Origin: Hypanus sabinus
Taxonomy: Eukaryota
Length of the DNA: 40,821 nucleotides
NCBI RefSeq assembly: GCF_030144855.1
Contig: NC_082715.1
Coordinates: 145,142,001 to 145,182,821, forward strand
Direction of reading: 5' to 3'
A program made the position numbers and the translations under genes. Below the pieces are notes generated by a model that was not told the origin of the DNA, searched no databases, and worked only from the letters and a program-made list of their open reading frames with translations. Below, one piece after another: positions 11,517 to 23,463 of the stretch (position 1 is the stretch's first letter; each line of letters begins with the position of its first letter).

Positions 11517-14035
11517 AATTACATAGAAACATAGAAACTTAGAAAACCTACAGCACTATACAGGCCCTTCGGCCCACAGAGTTGAGCCCAACACGTCCCT
11601 GCCTTAGAAATTACTAGGCTTACCTATAGCCCTCTATTTTACTAAGCGCCATGTGCCTATCTAAAACACTCCTAAAAAACCACATGGAATCCGCCTCCAC
11701 TACCGTTTCCGGCAGCCCATTGCACGTACTCACAACTCTCTGAGTGAAAAACTTACCCCAGAAACTCCACTGACATCTCCCCTACAGAGGCCCTCCCCAG
11801 CATCTTAAACCTGTGTCCTTTTTTGGCAACCATTTCAGCCCTGGTTAAACGCTTTTTACTATCCACACGATCATCATCTTGTACACCTCTATCAGGTCAC
11901 CTTTCATCCACCTTCGCTCCAAAGAGAAAAGGCCGAGTTCACTCAAACTATTCTCATAAGGCATGCTCCCCAATCCAGGCAACATCCTTGTAAATCTCCC
12001 CTGCACCCTTTCTATTGCTTCCACATCTTTCCTGTAGTGAGCACAGTACTCTAAATGGGGTCTGACCAAGGTCCAATACATCTGCAACATTACCCCGCGA
12101 CTCCTAAATTCAATTACACGATTGATGAAGGCCAATACACCATATGCCTTCTTAACCACAGAGTCAACCTGCACAGCTGCGTTGAGCGTCCTATGGACTC
12201 GTACCCCAAGATCCCTCTGATACTCCACACTACCAAGAGGCTTACCATTAATACTATATTCTGCCATCACATTTGACTACCAAACTGTACCACTTCACAC
12301 CGATCTGGATTGAACTCCAACTGTCACTTCTCAGCCCAGTTTTGCATCCTATCAATGTCCCACTGTAACCTCGAACAATTCTCCACACTATCCACAACAC
12401 CTCCAACTTTCATGTCATCAGTAAACATACTAACCAATCCTTCCATTTCCTCATCCAGGTCGTTTATAAAAATCACGAAGCGTAAGGGTCCCAGAACAGA
12501 TGCAAAGATCATCACCAGAGGCTAAGCAATCTCCACCCTCGGCTCCTACATGGGGTATATTTCGTCCGCTCCCGGTGACTTATCCAAGTTGATGCTTTCC
12601 AAAAGCTCCAGCACATTCTCTTTCTTAATATCTACATACTCAAGCTTTTCAGTCTGCTGTAAATTATGACTACAATCACTAAGATCGTTTTCCAAACTGA
12701 ACACTGAAGAAAAAGTATTCATTAAGTACCTCTGCTATTTCCTCCGGTTCCATACACACTTTCCCACTGTCACATGTGATAGGTCCAATACTTACACGTC
12801 TTTTACTCTTGCTCTTCACATACCTGTAGAATGCTTTGGGGTTTTCCTTAATTCTGCCCACCAAGACCTTCTCATGGTCCCTTCTGGCTCTCCTAATTTC
12901 CTTCTTAATAGCTTTGTAATCTTCTAGATCTCTAACATTACCTAGCTCACTGAACTTTTTGTAAGTTTTCTTCTTGACTAGATTTATTTCAGCCTTTGTA
13001 CAACACGGTTCCTTTACCCTACCATAACTTCCCTGTCTCATTGGAACGTACCTGTACAGAGCTCAACACATATATCCCCTGAATATTTGCCATATTCCTT
13101 TCTTACTTTTCCCTGAGAACATATGTTTCCAATTTAAGTTTCCAATTTCCACACTGTTAGCTTCATAATTCCCCTTATACCAATTAAACTTTTTTCTAAC
13201 TTGTCTGGTCCGATCTCTCTCCAATGCTGTTGTAAAGGAGATAGAATTATGATCACTATCCCCAAAATGCTCTCACACTGAGATATCTGACACCTGACCA
13301 GGTTCATTTCCCATACCAAACCAAGTACAGCCTCTCCTCTTATAGGCTTACTGAAACCTTCCAGAACACACCTAACAAACTTCACCACATCTAAACCTCT
13401 CGCTCTAGGGAGATGCAAATCGATATTTGGGAAATTAAAACCTCCCATCACGACATCTCTGTTATTATTACACCTTTCCAGGATCTGTTTCCTTACCTGT
13501 TCCTCGATATCCCTGTTACAATTAGGCGCCCTATAAAAATACCCAGTTAAGTTATTGACCGTTTCCTGTTCCTAAACTCCACCCACAGAGACTGCGTAGG
13601 AAATCCCTCCATGGTGTCCACTTTTTCTCAGCTGTGACATAATCTCTGATCAACAGCCCCACCTCTTCTGCCTCCCTCCCTGTCCTTTCTGAAACATATA
13701 AAACCCGACACTTGAAGTAACCAATCCGGCCCCTGAGCCATCCAACTCCCTGTAACTGGCACTACATCATATCTCCAAGTACTGATCCACGTTCTAAGCT
13801 CATCCGCTTTGTTCACAACACTCCTTGCATTAGAATAGATGCAACTCAAGCCTTCGGTTTGAGTGACTCCCTTCTTTGTCACCTGCCTATCCTCCCTCTC
13901 GCACTGTGTACAAGCTTTCTCTATTTGTGAGCCAACCTCCTCTTCCCCAGTCTCCTCAGTTCGGTTACAACCCCCCAACAATTCTAACAAACTCTCCCCA
14001 GTAGCCTTAGCAAACCTCCCCGCCAGGATACGTCT
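11517..14035 (-). mobile_element. CR1-like LINE, long and degenerate (endonuclease to 3' tail), internally deleted
   Basis: Endonuclease start (CIYSNARSVVNKADEL), GGFNFPNID, RT (SVLGPL.FVIFINDLD), C-terminal PHLEYC, and a 3' tail of (GTTTCTAT)-type repeats near 11520-11540. Confidence 0.85.
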
Positions 14036-14242
14036 CAACTTCATATAAAAACACAAATAAGAGGGACGTCATGTGGGTGCCGGGCAAGATGGCCGCATGT
14101 TAGTGGAGCTCTGACAACCCACCATAAAATTCTATCAATTAGGGCATATTTATCCCGCCTTATTCAGATACAGCTGTTCTAGAGTAAAAGACTGTATTTT
14201 TTTCTACTGAAAAATAACAACTTTGCGAGATAATTCGGGACG

Positions 14243-15094
14243 ATGCCAGGAACTTCGAAGAGCGCTACAGCGAGTCACGTGGCTACAAGACTGGCCCCGC
14301 AATCCGAAGGTCAAGGCACGCTAACGACACAGAAGGACCAAGGCTCCAACATGGAGAATTTACTGACTGAGGTTAGTCGTATCAATTCCATTCTGCTCGG
14401 GGTCGCAACTGATGTATCTACAATTAAAGAAACGGCAACGGAGTTGAAGAACTCCGTCAACGCCATTCAAGAGAAGCTGACGGAAGCCGAGGGTCGTCTC
14501 TCCAGCGTGGAGGACACCACTGTGCAGCTGGTGGGTGCTGGCGAGCAGAATAATAAACGCTTGGACCTGCTGTGGAACCGTGTCGAGGAGCTTGAGAACA
14601 GGAGCGGACGGAACAACGTCAGTCTGGTCGGTCTAAAGGAGGGTGCGGAAACGGGCGGTCTGATTAAGTGTGTGCAAATAATCATGTCGGAGGGATTTGG
14701 CATCGAACTGAAAGCAGAGTTTGAGATTGAGAAGGGCGAATCGGGTCCCGGCTCCGAGATCGGACGAGGATCGCCCCCACCCCCCAGGATGATCTTAATA
14801 CGATTTCTGCGCTCTTCGGACAGAGAGAAAGTGCTGCAAGCGGCCATAGCGAAAAGAGGAGCTGAGTTGGAGGGATGCAGAGTCTCCTTCTTTCCGGATA
14901 TGTCCAGAGAATTGGCTGAGAAACGGAGTGCATTTACTACGGCTCGGCAAATGCTGCAAAGAGTCAACGTGAGGAAGACACTCGCTTATCCAGCAGTTCT
15001 ACGATTCACGTGGAAAGGAAAGAACACGTTCTTTATTACTGCTGCAGAAGCAGTGAAATTCATTCAGGAAAAGTGCGGCGCTGGCACTGACTGA
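14243..15094 (+). CDS. L1 ORF1p (coiled coil, RRM, CTD), 283 aa, uninterrupted
   Basis: Heptad-rich N-terminal region followed by ELENRSGRNNVSLVGLKEG, RMILIRFLR, FFPDMSRELAEKR and YPAVLRF, typical of vertebrate L1 ORF1p. Confidence 0.85.
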   Translation: MPGTSKSATASHVATRLAPQSEGQGTLTTQKDQGSNMENLLTEVSRINSILLGVATDVSTIKETATELKNSVNAIQEKLTEAEGRLSSVEDTTVQLVGAGEQNNKRLDLLWNRVEELENRSGRNNVSLVGLKEGAETGGLIKCVQIIMSEGFGIELKAEFEIEKGESGPGSEIGRGSPPPPRMILIRFLRSSDREKVLQAAIAKRGAELEGCRVSFFPDMSRELAEKRSAFTTARQMLQRVNVRKTLAYPAVLRFTWKGKNTFFITAAEAVKFIQEKCGAGTD

Positions 15095-15434
15095 GAGACA
15101 GTAATAGGTGGAGATAACTTTTTAGGTACAACAGGATGGGTGGGGAGCTGGATAAAGCGGTCTGATTAGTGCGAGGCTTACTAGCTGGCACGGTACTTCG
15201 CTGACCATCTCTTGTGTCTTTTTCTTTTCCGTTTCTTTGTGGAGGTTATTCTGCCTATTTGCTTTTGTTTGTTAGTTAATCTTGCAGGAATATATTACCG
15301 CTATGTTTTTGGGTTATGTTGGTTGTTTATTTGTTTGAAAGCGCAGCATTTGCTGTGGCTGTTGGTAATAATTGAGCATGGGGATAGAGTACAGCAGGTT
15401 TTTCTATGGAATTTTTTTTTTGAATTATTGCATT

Positions 15435-17645
15435 TTCATCCTAACCCTTCTAATTATAGACCTATACGCTTAACTAATGCGGACTGTAACATACTGACTG
15501 AAAAACTGGCCTCGCGATTAGAGAAAGTATTACCATCTATAATTAACTCTGATCAGGTTGGCTTCATTAAAGGCAAATCCCCAGCTGACAATTTAAGGAG
15601 ATTACCGCACTTAATATGGCTAAACACCCCAAGTAATATCCCAATTACTGCCATCTCCCTGGATGCTGAAAAGGCCTATGGCAGGGTTGAGTGGAGATTT
15701 TTAACCACGGCCTTGTCATTCTTTGGGTTTGACTCTGTCTTTAATCATGGATTACAATTTTGTATAAAAATCCTAAGGCTGCAGTTATTACAAATGGTAT
15801 CATATCCCCATTTTTCAAAATTTCACGGGGTACACGCCAAGGCTGCCCCCTCTCCCCACTATTATTTACCATTTTTTTTTGGAACTGTTGAAGGTCGTTA
15901 TTAGAGCAGATCCAGATATTAGAGGGGTGAAGGGAGGCGGAAAGGAGCATAAGTTGATGCTATATGCTGACGATATTTTATTACTGATTTGTGAACCTAC
16001 TTATTCCTTACCCCCACTAATAAAAACAGTTCAATTATATTCTGACGTGTCTGGTTATAAAATCAACTGTAGTAAATCTGTGGCTATGCCACTGTCAAAA
16101 TTGTGTTATTCAAATTCAGTATCTCAGTTTAATTTTAGATGGGTGCCAGTTGGAATGATGTATCTAGGGGTCAAACTCAGTCAGAATTTGGATGAAATAA
16201 TTACTTTAAATTATAATCCATTATTGAGTAGGATAAGAAATACTCTGGCTAAGTGAGGGGTACTGCGACTGTCGCTCTGGGATAAAGTCAATGTAGTTAA
16301 AATCGTCATAGCACCTCAGTTTCATCAAAGGAAGCATCATCTTTCGATGATGCTTCCTTTAAATATTACAGATTTGATTGACAAGCAATACAACAAAATT
16401 GTTATTGACTTTCGATGGGAAAGAAGAAGCCCAGAATTAAAATGAGTAAGATGTGTATGTCCAGTGACATGGGTGGGCTCAGTCTACCAGACGTCAGGGC
16501 ATATAATTTATCCATTGAAATGATCAAGTTAGCTAAACATTGGGACAGGGCAGATATTGATTTAGATTGTGTAGTTATAGAACTGAGCTTGGCTGCACCA
16601 CATTCTCCCCTTAACATTCTCTCACAACATGTGGAAAACAACACTAATCTAAATCCTATACTATTTCAGTCAAGGGGTGTGTGGAGTACAATTCATAAAT
16701 CTTATAAAATGTCACATTTAAATCAGTTATACTCCTCGCTCTGGAATAACCCTATGATACGCATTGGGAAAAGAATGGTGTACTGGAAAGAATGGAAGAT
16801 TAAAGGTGTGAATACAGTAGGTGATCTCTGTGAGATTGGGATTCTTATGTTGTATGTGGATTTGCAGAGGAAATATAACTTTGTAGATAAAGGGCGTTTC
16901 TGGAAGTATTTACAAATAAGACCTTGCGTTAGTCGCATATTCATGAATGGGTGCCCACAAAGTAACCCTTTAAGTGAATACTTTACACTACCACAGGAAG
17001 TTGATAAAGCATCAATCAGTGTTTTATAAACTGTTCAAGCACTCTGTGGGTGAACCGTGTAACAATCTCAAAGCAGTATGGAAGAAGGATCTTGGAAGCG
17101 ATGTTGAAGATAATGAGCGGTCAAGTATTTTATTAAATGTGGGTAGACTTATTAGGGAAGCGAGTGGGAATTTTATTCAGTATAAGATAGTACACAGATA
17201 TTATTGAACACCAACTAGACTCTACAAAATGGGGATTGTTGTTAATCATTTATGCTGGAAATGTAAAAATAAGGTGGGCACATATTTTCACTTGATCTTG
17301 GAGCGTTCCATGTTTCGTCCATGTTGGCGTAAAGTTCTAGATTGGTTGGGTAATTGGTCGGGTCCTACACTGCCCTTGTGACCACGGCTTTGTCTCTTGG
17401 GTGATAGGACATTGATACCTAATGTAAACAATGACAAATTTACTATTTTAAAGGCGGGTCCCATCACAGCTGCAAGAATTATATTACAAACTGGAAAAAA
17501 AAACAGATGTCCCACTGTGAGGGAATGGACTGAGGAAAGGGCTAAGAATTCATCATATGAACACATGTTGGGAAGAATTAACAGTGAGGGAAAGGTGCAA
17601 GATGCGTGGGATCAATTTTGGTTGTATGTTGATTTTAAAAATTAG
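15435..17645 (+). pseudogene. L1 ORF2 remnant (RT and C-terminal domain; endonuclease missing)
   Basis: NYRPIRL, ISLDAEKAY, LYADDILL, YLGVKL and CWKC...GTYFH spread over several frames, with stops (16254, 17205) and frameshifts. Confidence 0.85.
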
Positions 17646-18531
17646 AAGTTTTTTTTCTGTTTCTTAGTTTTATATGTTTTCCGGTCATGGGGTGGCTGCG
17701 TAAATATGTTGTACTGCATCTGCTCTATGATATGCTCTGCTGCTTTGTAAAATAAGAATAAATCATAATAAAAATTTGAATTACAAAAAAAACAAAAAAA
17801 TCAACCCATGATCAGTGGCGTATTATTGAGTCTCATTGAAACACTGTAAAGGAGAAAATTCCGCTGAAATTCTGAAACATTTTCCATCAATATTCCAAGT
17901 ATCATGTTTCACTACAGAACTGCCTTCGTTCCCGCCACCCTGAGTGAAACGCTAAACAGTTGCATCGTCTGTCCACCATCACAGGCGCTTCAGCTCATCC
18001 GTGCTGCCAACACTTTAAATGCATTGTGGCAATTACGTTGACGTTATAAGCGTATAACATGTAACACGGGAAAGCTTTTACCCGAACAGTTTAACACGAT
18101 ATTCTGTGGATTATATTGATGATACTTTCCACTTCGGAGACAAGGGTGCAACATAGCAGAAACATGAGGGTGAATTTCCGAGTTATATTTGGTAAATAAC
18201 AAGTGGATACGCCTCAGAGACTCGACTCATATTCCTTCTCAGCTTTCCTTATAACATTTCTGTATTCTCGCAATAGTCAATTCGTAATAAGCTAGTCTAT
18301 TTGTTCGTCTGTTGTCAGTTAAATGCTTCGTATTTCTGGTCAGATGCAACCCTTCTCCCCTCAGCTATTCCCGCCTGTGGCAACCTCATACTGACAGCAC
18401 TTCAGCCGCTTCGGCCCATTTTCATTTACGTTGGTTTATGTGCCCGCTATGCATTTGTATGTGGGGGGGGGGGTGGAGTTTGGGACTGTATGGAAATGTG
18501 CAAATGTCAGTGACAGTGAACCTGTGAAACG

Positions 18532-19216
18532 GTCATAAATTGGTAAATTTTCAAATTGCTTGAATGTTGTCACATGTACCGAGATGCAGAGAACAAACTG
18601 TTTTGCAGGTCATTCATGCAGATCAGTTCATCAGTGCATTGAGACAGCACACGCGAGCAGAATAAAGAGCTAAAGTTACAGAGAAAGTGCATTACGGGTA
18701 GGTAGTAAGGTGCAAGGGCATCTCGACGTAGATTGTGAGATCAAGAGTCTCTGATCGCAGTAGGGAAACATTAAGTGGTCACATAACACCGAGACAAACG
18801 CTGACTTTGAGCCTGATTGTATGTGCCTTTAAGGCTTTTCGATCTTCTGCCCGATGGGATGGGGGATGAGAGAGAATGTCCGTGACGGATGAGGTCTTTG
18901 CCTATATTGGCTGCTTTGCCGAGGCAGCGACAATGTACACAGAATCCATGGAGGGGAGTTGGCTTCCGTGATGTGCTGAGCTCTATGCGCAACTCTGTTC
19001 AGGTTATTTTAATTACCAGCAGAGCAGACACCATACCCAGCCGTGATGCATCCAGACGGAATTCATCGATAAAAATTGCTGAGAGTCAAAGTTAGAGCGC
19101 CAGTGAGCGCTCTTTGCCGTGACATCTACGTGGTTGGACCAGGATAGGTTGTTGGTGACGTCCACTCCACTGAACTTGAAATTCTCAATGCTCCCGATCT
19201 CAGCATCGTTTACATA
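18532..19216 (-). mobile_element. Rex/Babar-like LINE fragment, paralog of 470-1146
   Basis: Same position relative to the promoter and the same translations (18771-18992, 19013-19396). Confidence 0.7.
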
Positions 19217-19394
19217 GTTGCCCCGCCCATTTCCTGAAATCAAGATCCAATTCATTCGTGAGTAGAGATCTGCATGAATATATATTTCAGTGACTTTGCA
19301 GTCTTCCACAGTTCTTAAGGAGCAGCTTCCAAAGCCCTGAACAGGACTTGTGTCCGAAAGCCTTTGACTTCTAATTCTACTTATCTGCTTCACC
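19217..19394 (+). promoter_or_regulatory. Putative IgL cluster 2 promoter
   Basis: GC box 19221-19228 and ATCTGCAT 19268-19275; near-identical to the cluster 1 region. Confidence 0.55.
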
Positions 19395-19443
19395 ATGGCT
19401 GAATGGATCCTGGTTCTTGCCGCGTTTGTGTCCTCTTTGTTCA
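19395..19443 (+). CDS. IGL: IgL cluster 2 leader exon ([16 protein letters not shown] + 1 nt)
   Basis: ATG, signal peptide, donor GTAAGT at 19444, 88-nt intron to the acceptor at 19530-19531. Confidence 0.93.
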
Positions 19444-19531
19444 GTAAGTAGAATACTTAATTCCTTAGACTGTCCTTTATGTCGTGTTTTTTACTTAAGG
19501 GTTTTAAATAATTATTTGTTATTTTCGCCAG

Positions 19532-19882
19532 CTGCAAACGCGGAGATGACTTTGACTCAGCCTCCGTCCGTATCGGCGTCTCCGGGTACAACCGTGAAAA
19601 TCACTTGTACCATGTCAGGGGGCAGCATCGGCAGCTACTACACGAGCTGGTACATGCAGAAACCCGGCAGCTCCCCAATTTTTGTGTGGTATGAAAGCTC
19701 CACGAGAGGATCGGGAATTCCAGATCGATTCACCGGTTCCACAGTCTCATCGAGCAACCAAATGCATTTAACCATCACCAACGTGCAATGGCAGGACGCC
19801 GCCGATTATTACTGTGGTGTCTGGTATAATAGTAGCCCGTACGCATTCACCTTTGGGGGAGGAACCAAACTGAATTTCAACA
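19532..19882 (+). CDS. IGL: IgL cluster 2 germline-joined VJ exon
   Basis: [15 protein letters not shown]...[26 protein letters not shown]; 351 nt as in cluster 1; donor at 19883. Confidence 0.96.
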
Positions 19883-20519
19883 GTAAGTAAATATTTGTTG
19901 GGGTCTAATCACCTTTTGATTTTGTTTGGGTTTTTTTTTTCGTTTGAACCTTGGAATAATATTATCAATCCTGATGCTTCCATCTGATTTACAGTCCGCC
20001 TCTTATTGTATCTTTACAATACCGCAGGCAGAAAACTAGCACATATGCATCCTGTTTGCTTGGTAGGGTTACTTAATTTAGCTGAAAAGTATCTTCAAAA
20101 CAGCCTGATTTCATTGCCATGACATTTTTAAAATAGCTTCGTGAATAGATGCTACGTGCTGCTAGCAAGTGTTTCTTAAAAGTTTCCCAGGGAACAGATG
20201 TATTCAAATATATTCCCAACAGGTTTTGCATTAGACAACCGAGTTTAAGTCGCGTCAAGTTCCAGTACAAATGATCTGCATACCAATCGTCTGGAATATA
20301 TTTTGTTAGCTTTTAAAAATTTATTTCGGCCAATATTACTTTATTTTTTGTGTATCGTGTTGTCCACCTTGGTCTCCTAAATCATTCTTATGTTTGACCG
20401 TCTACATGTACACAGTTGACTGACGTTACATTTATCCTGAAACCTGAACCTTAATGGGGACAAAAGCCGAGCTGTGAATGTTACCGAATTGCGATAGAGA
20501 ACTTCTATTTCCTTAAATC

Positions 20520-22152
20520 GGTAAAACCTAGGAACAGAATTCGACCCCACGAGTCTGCTGCGTCATTTGATCATCGCTGGTATATTTTCTCTCAAGCTCA
20601 TTCTCCTGACTTCTCTACATAACCTTTGATGCCGTTGCTAAACAAGAGACTATAAACTCAGTTTTAAATTTACCCAAAGACTTGGTCTCCACAGCATCCT
20701 TTGGGAATAAATTCTACAAAATCAGCACTTTACGGTTAAATCATATTCAGCTCATCTCTGTTCTAAAGGGCTACCCTTATATTCAAAGGATTTTCTCTCA
20801 GTTCTAGCCTCTCACACTATAGAGGGCATCCTCCTACATCCACTCAATCTAGCTCTTTCAGTATTCGGTAGGTTAAAATGAGACTTCATCCTCCCCCCGC
20901 CACCTTTCTTTTGAAATCCAGCATGTACAGGCCCAGGGCCATCAAATGCTCCTTATACTTTAACTCTTTTATTGTCAGCATCTTTCCTCTGGTCCCTCTC
21001 CAATGCCAGTACGCACATCTTTTCTTAGATATCTGGCCCAAAACTGCTTCCAATACTCTAAATCTGCTCTGGCTATTGTCTTTTAAAATATTAGCATTAA
21101 ATCGTTGATTTTATATTCTGCTCATCTCGAAATAAGCTGAGCTAAGCTTGGTTTTGCCTGCAAGTTATCATTTTGGGAATCCTGCAGGATGACTTTCAGG
21201 TCTCCTTGTACATCTGACTTCTTAATGCGGTCCCCGTTTAGAAGACTGTACCTTTATTCCTTCTACCAGAGTCCACGACCATACAATTTCGCACACTGTA
21301 CTCTATCTGTCAATTCTTTGCTCGTTCACCTGATCCGTCAATATCATTCTGTAGACTCCTACTGCCTCAACACTGTCTACTCCTCCACCTCGCTTTGCAT
21401 CATCCGCAAATGTGGCCACAAATCCATAAATCCCGTCGTTCAGATCATTAACGTCTAGCATGAAACGTAGCAGACTCAATACCCATCCTTGCAGAACACC
21501 ACTAGTCACCGGTAGCCAACCAGAAAAGATTATCCTACGCTTTTTTCCTGCCAGTCGGCCAATGCTCCGTCTATGCCTGTGATAGTTTATGCTCTTATCG
21601 TGTTAAGCAGCCTGATGTGTGACACTTTGTCAATGGTCTTCAGAAAATCCAAGTCAATAACATCCACTGACTCTTATTTGTCTATCCTGCCTGGTATTTT
21701 TTCAAGGAATCTCAACAGATTTGTCAACTAAATTACCCCTTAAGGGAACCATGCTGATCACGGCTGATTTTATCGTATGCCACCAAGTACCTAGAAATTT
21801 CGTCCTGACTAATGGATTCTAGCAAACTCAATATATTCAAATTTCGATTAAACATGAGCATGTTTACTAGGAAATTAACTGACGTCAGGCTAACTGGCCC
21901 ATAATATCCTGCATTTTGCGTCCATTTCTTCTCCGAATGTGGAGTAATATTTGTGAGTTTCTAGTCCTGCGGACCCATTGGCCCATTCTTGAAATATCGT
22001 TACTAATGCCTCTCTAATCTATCCAGCTACCGCCTGCAGAATCCTGGAGTGTAGTCCATCTAGTTTGTCGACTTATCTAACTTCAATTCTTTCAGCCTCC
22101 CAAGCTCCTTCTCCTTCGTCATAGCAACTACTATCACTTATGTTTAATTTCC
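20520..22152 (-). mobile_element. Decayed CR1-like LINE in J-C intron 2
   Basis: Paralog of 2453-4087; contains TSGVLQG and FADDAK motifs (21303-21509). Confidence 0.75.
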
Positions 22153-23105
22153 TAAGAAATACTACCGTTAAACGATTTATTTGTAAATTCTGTTCTGTAG
22201 TCTCGATATCTTATTGTGTGAATGGGTTCAACTTTTCAAATTAATGAAAAAGTGATTATAAGAACCTTGACCCAGCTATCCACATCTTCTGGATTTCATA
22301 GACCTCTGAGAGTTGTTATCGGCTTTTTCTTCAGTGTGTATTACCGCGGTCCAAACAACACTTTCGGAATTAATTGAGTGACTAAAAACTAGAAAATCTA
22401 AGTATAAAACCTTAACTGGTATTATTTATTCCCATTAAAATATTTCCATTATTTTTAGCCATTCACATTCCCTCCTTTACTGAAGCAAATTGCGGCATCT
22501 CCGAGGAGAGACAAAGGCACAGGATGTCAATCAAATCCACTGCCTCATCTTTTTACGTGAATAGCTGCGACGACATTTTGGAGTTTTACCTCGCTCTTTG
22601 CCAAATCTCTTTCGGGGTTTGCTATTGATTCTGTTTTTCATGTCTTTACGATTTTAACACCAGGGACCGTGCCAATAATCTGTCACAATATTAACTATAG
22701 AATAGTTATATCAGATTAGAACGGGGTATTATGGGATATATAAAGTATAGCTTATGTATATTGGAGAGTATCTCACGAATGGATGGGTTCTGTCCGCCAT
22801 TTTTCAGAAGCCTCTCCAGCCGGATTTTGTTTTAGCATTCCATCGATTTTTTTATCTTATTGCTTTGAATTTTGCTGTTATGTAAAACATCTCCTTCCAT
22901 TACTTTGCAGCTATTCTAATGTTCATGATGTATATTTCGCTTGATGCGTTTGTGCAAGATCAAAATACATTAATGAGATTCAGTTGTGATCGGGTTCTCA
23001 TGCGTTCTCACTTTTATGGTTGTAAAATCGTTGAAAAAAGACTAAGTTTGATTCTAATTTATATCAATTAATAACTCATCTCCCTGCACTTCTTTCTATT
23101 TACAG

Positions 23106-23428
23106 GTCCGCGAAAACCCGCCGTATCCGTCCTCCGACCGTCTGCGGAAGAAATTCGAGGACAGGGCACCGCCACCCTGGTGTGTTTAGTGAGCGGGTTT
23201 AATCCGGCCGCTGTGAATATCGAGTGGACTGTGGACGGCAGTACGAGAAGGAATGGCGTTGAGACCAGCCGGATCCAGCAGGACGCTGACAACACGTTCA
23301 GTACGAGCAGTTACCTGACTCTGCCAGCCTCAGACTGGAACTCACACGAGCGTTACTCCTGCGTGGTTAAACACGAGACTCAGGCAACCCCATTTCAAAC
23401 AAACATCGCGCGATCCAGCTGTATGTAA
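23106..23428 (+). CDS. IGL: IgL cluster 2 constant exon
   Basis: TACAG acceptor and an open frame ending SSCM-stop; 8 nt differences from C1 (3 amino acid changes). Confidence 0.96.
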
Positions 23429-23457
23429 TACAATATGTTTAGAGGCTGTTTCTTTAA

Positions 23458-23463
23458 AATAAA
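23458..23463 (+). terminator. Polyadenylation signal AATAAA, cluster 2
   Basis: Same spacing after the stop as in cluster 1. Confidence 0.75.

Larger units (their letters stand above)
14061..17800 (+). mobile_element. L1-clade LINE with 5' UTR, ORF1, internally deleted ORF2, 3' UTR and A-tail
   Basis: 5' CAAGATGGCCGC motif (14085-14096), L1-type ORF1, ORF2 RT and zinc-knuckle remnants, AATAAA followed by an A-rich tail 17785-17800. Imperfect A-rich TSD candidate: 14047-14060 vs 17788-17800. Confidence 0.85.
1..18049 (+). repeat. Segmental duplication unit 1 (IgL cluster 1 plus spacer); may begin before the window
   Basis: The sequence at position 1 (gcgtataacatg-aacac-ggaaagcttttacccgaacag) recurs at 18050 and 38066, followed by colinear LINE, promoter, leader, VJ and intron. 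Confidence 0.9.

Noticed and set aside
15212-15440. Hydrophobic N-terminal extension of ORF 15212-15904 as a membrane-anchored RT fusion
   Set aside because: Starts at a non-ATG codon in the T-rich L1 inter-ORF spacer, is in frame with RT only through the deletion, and frameshifts shortly after.
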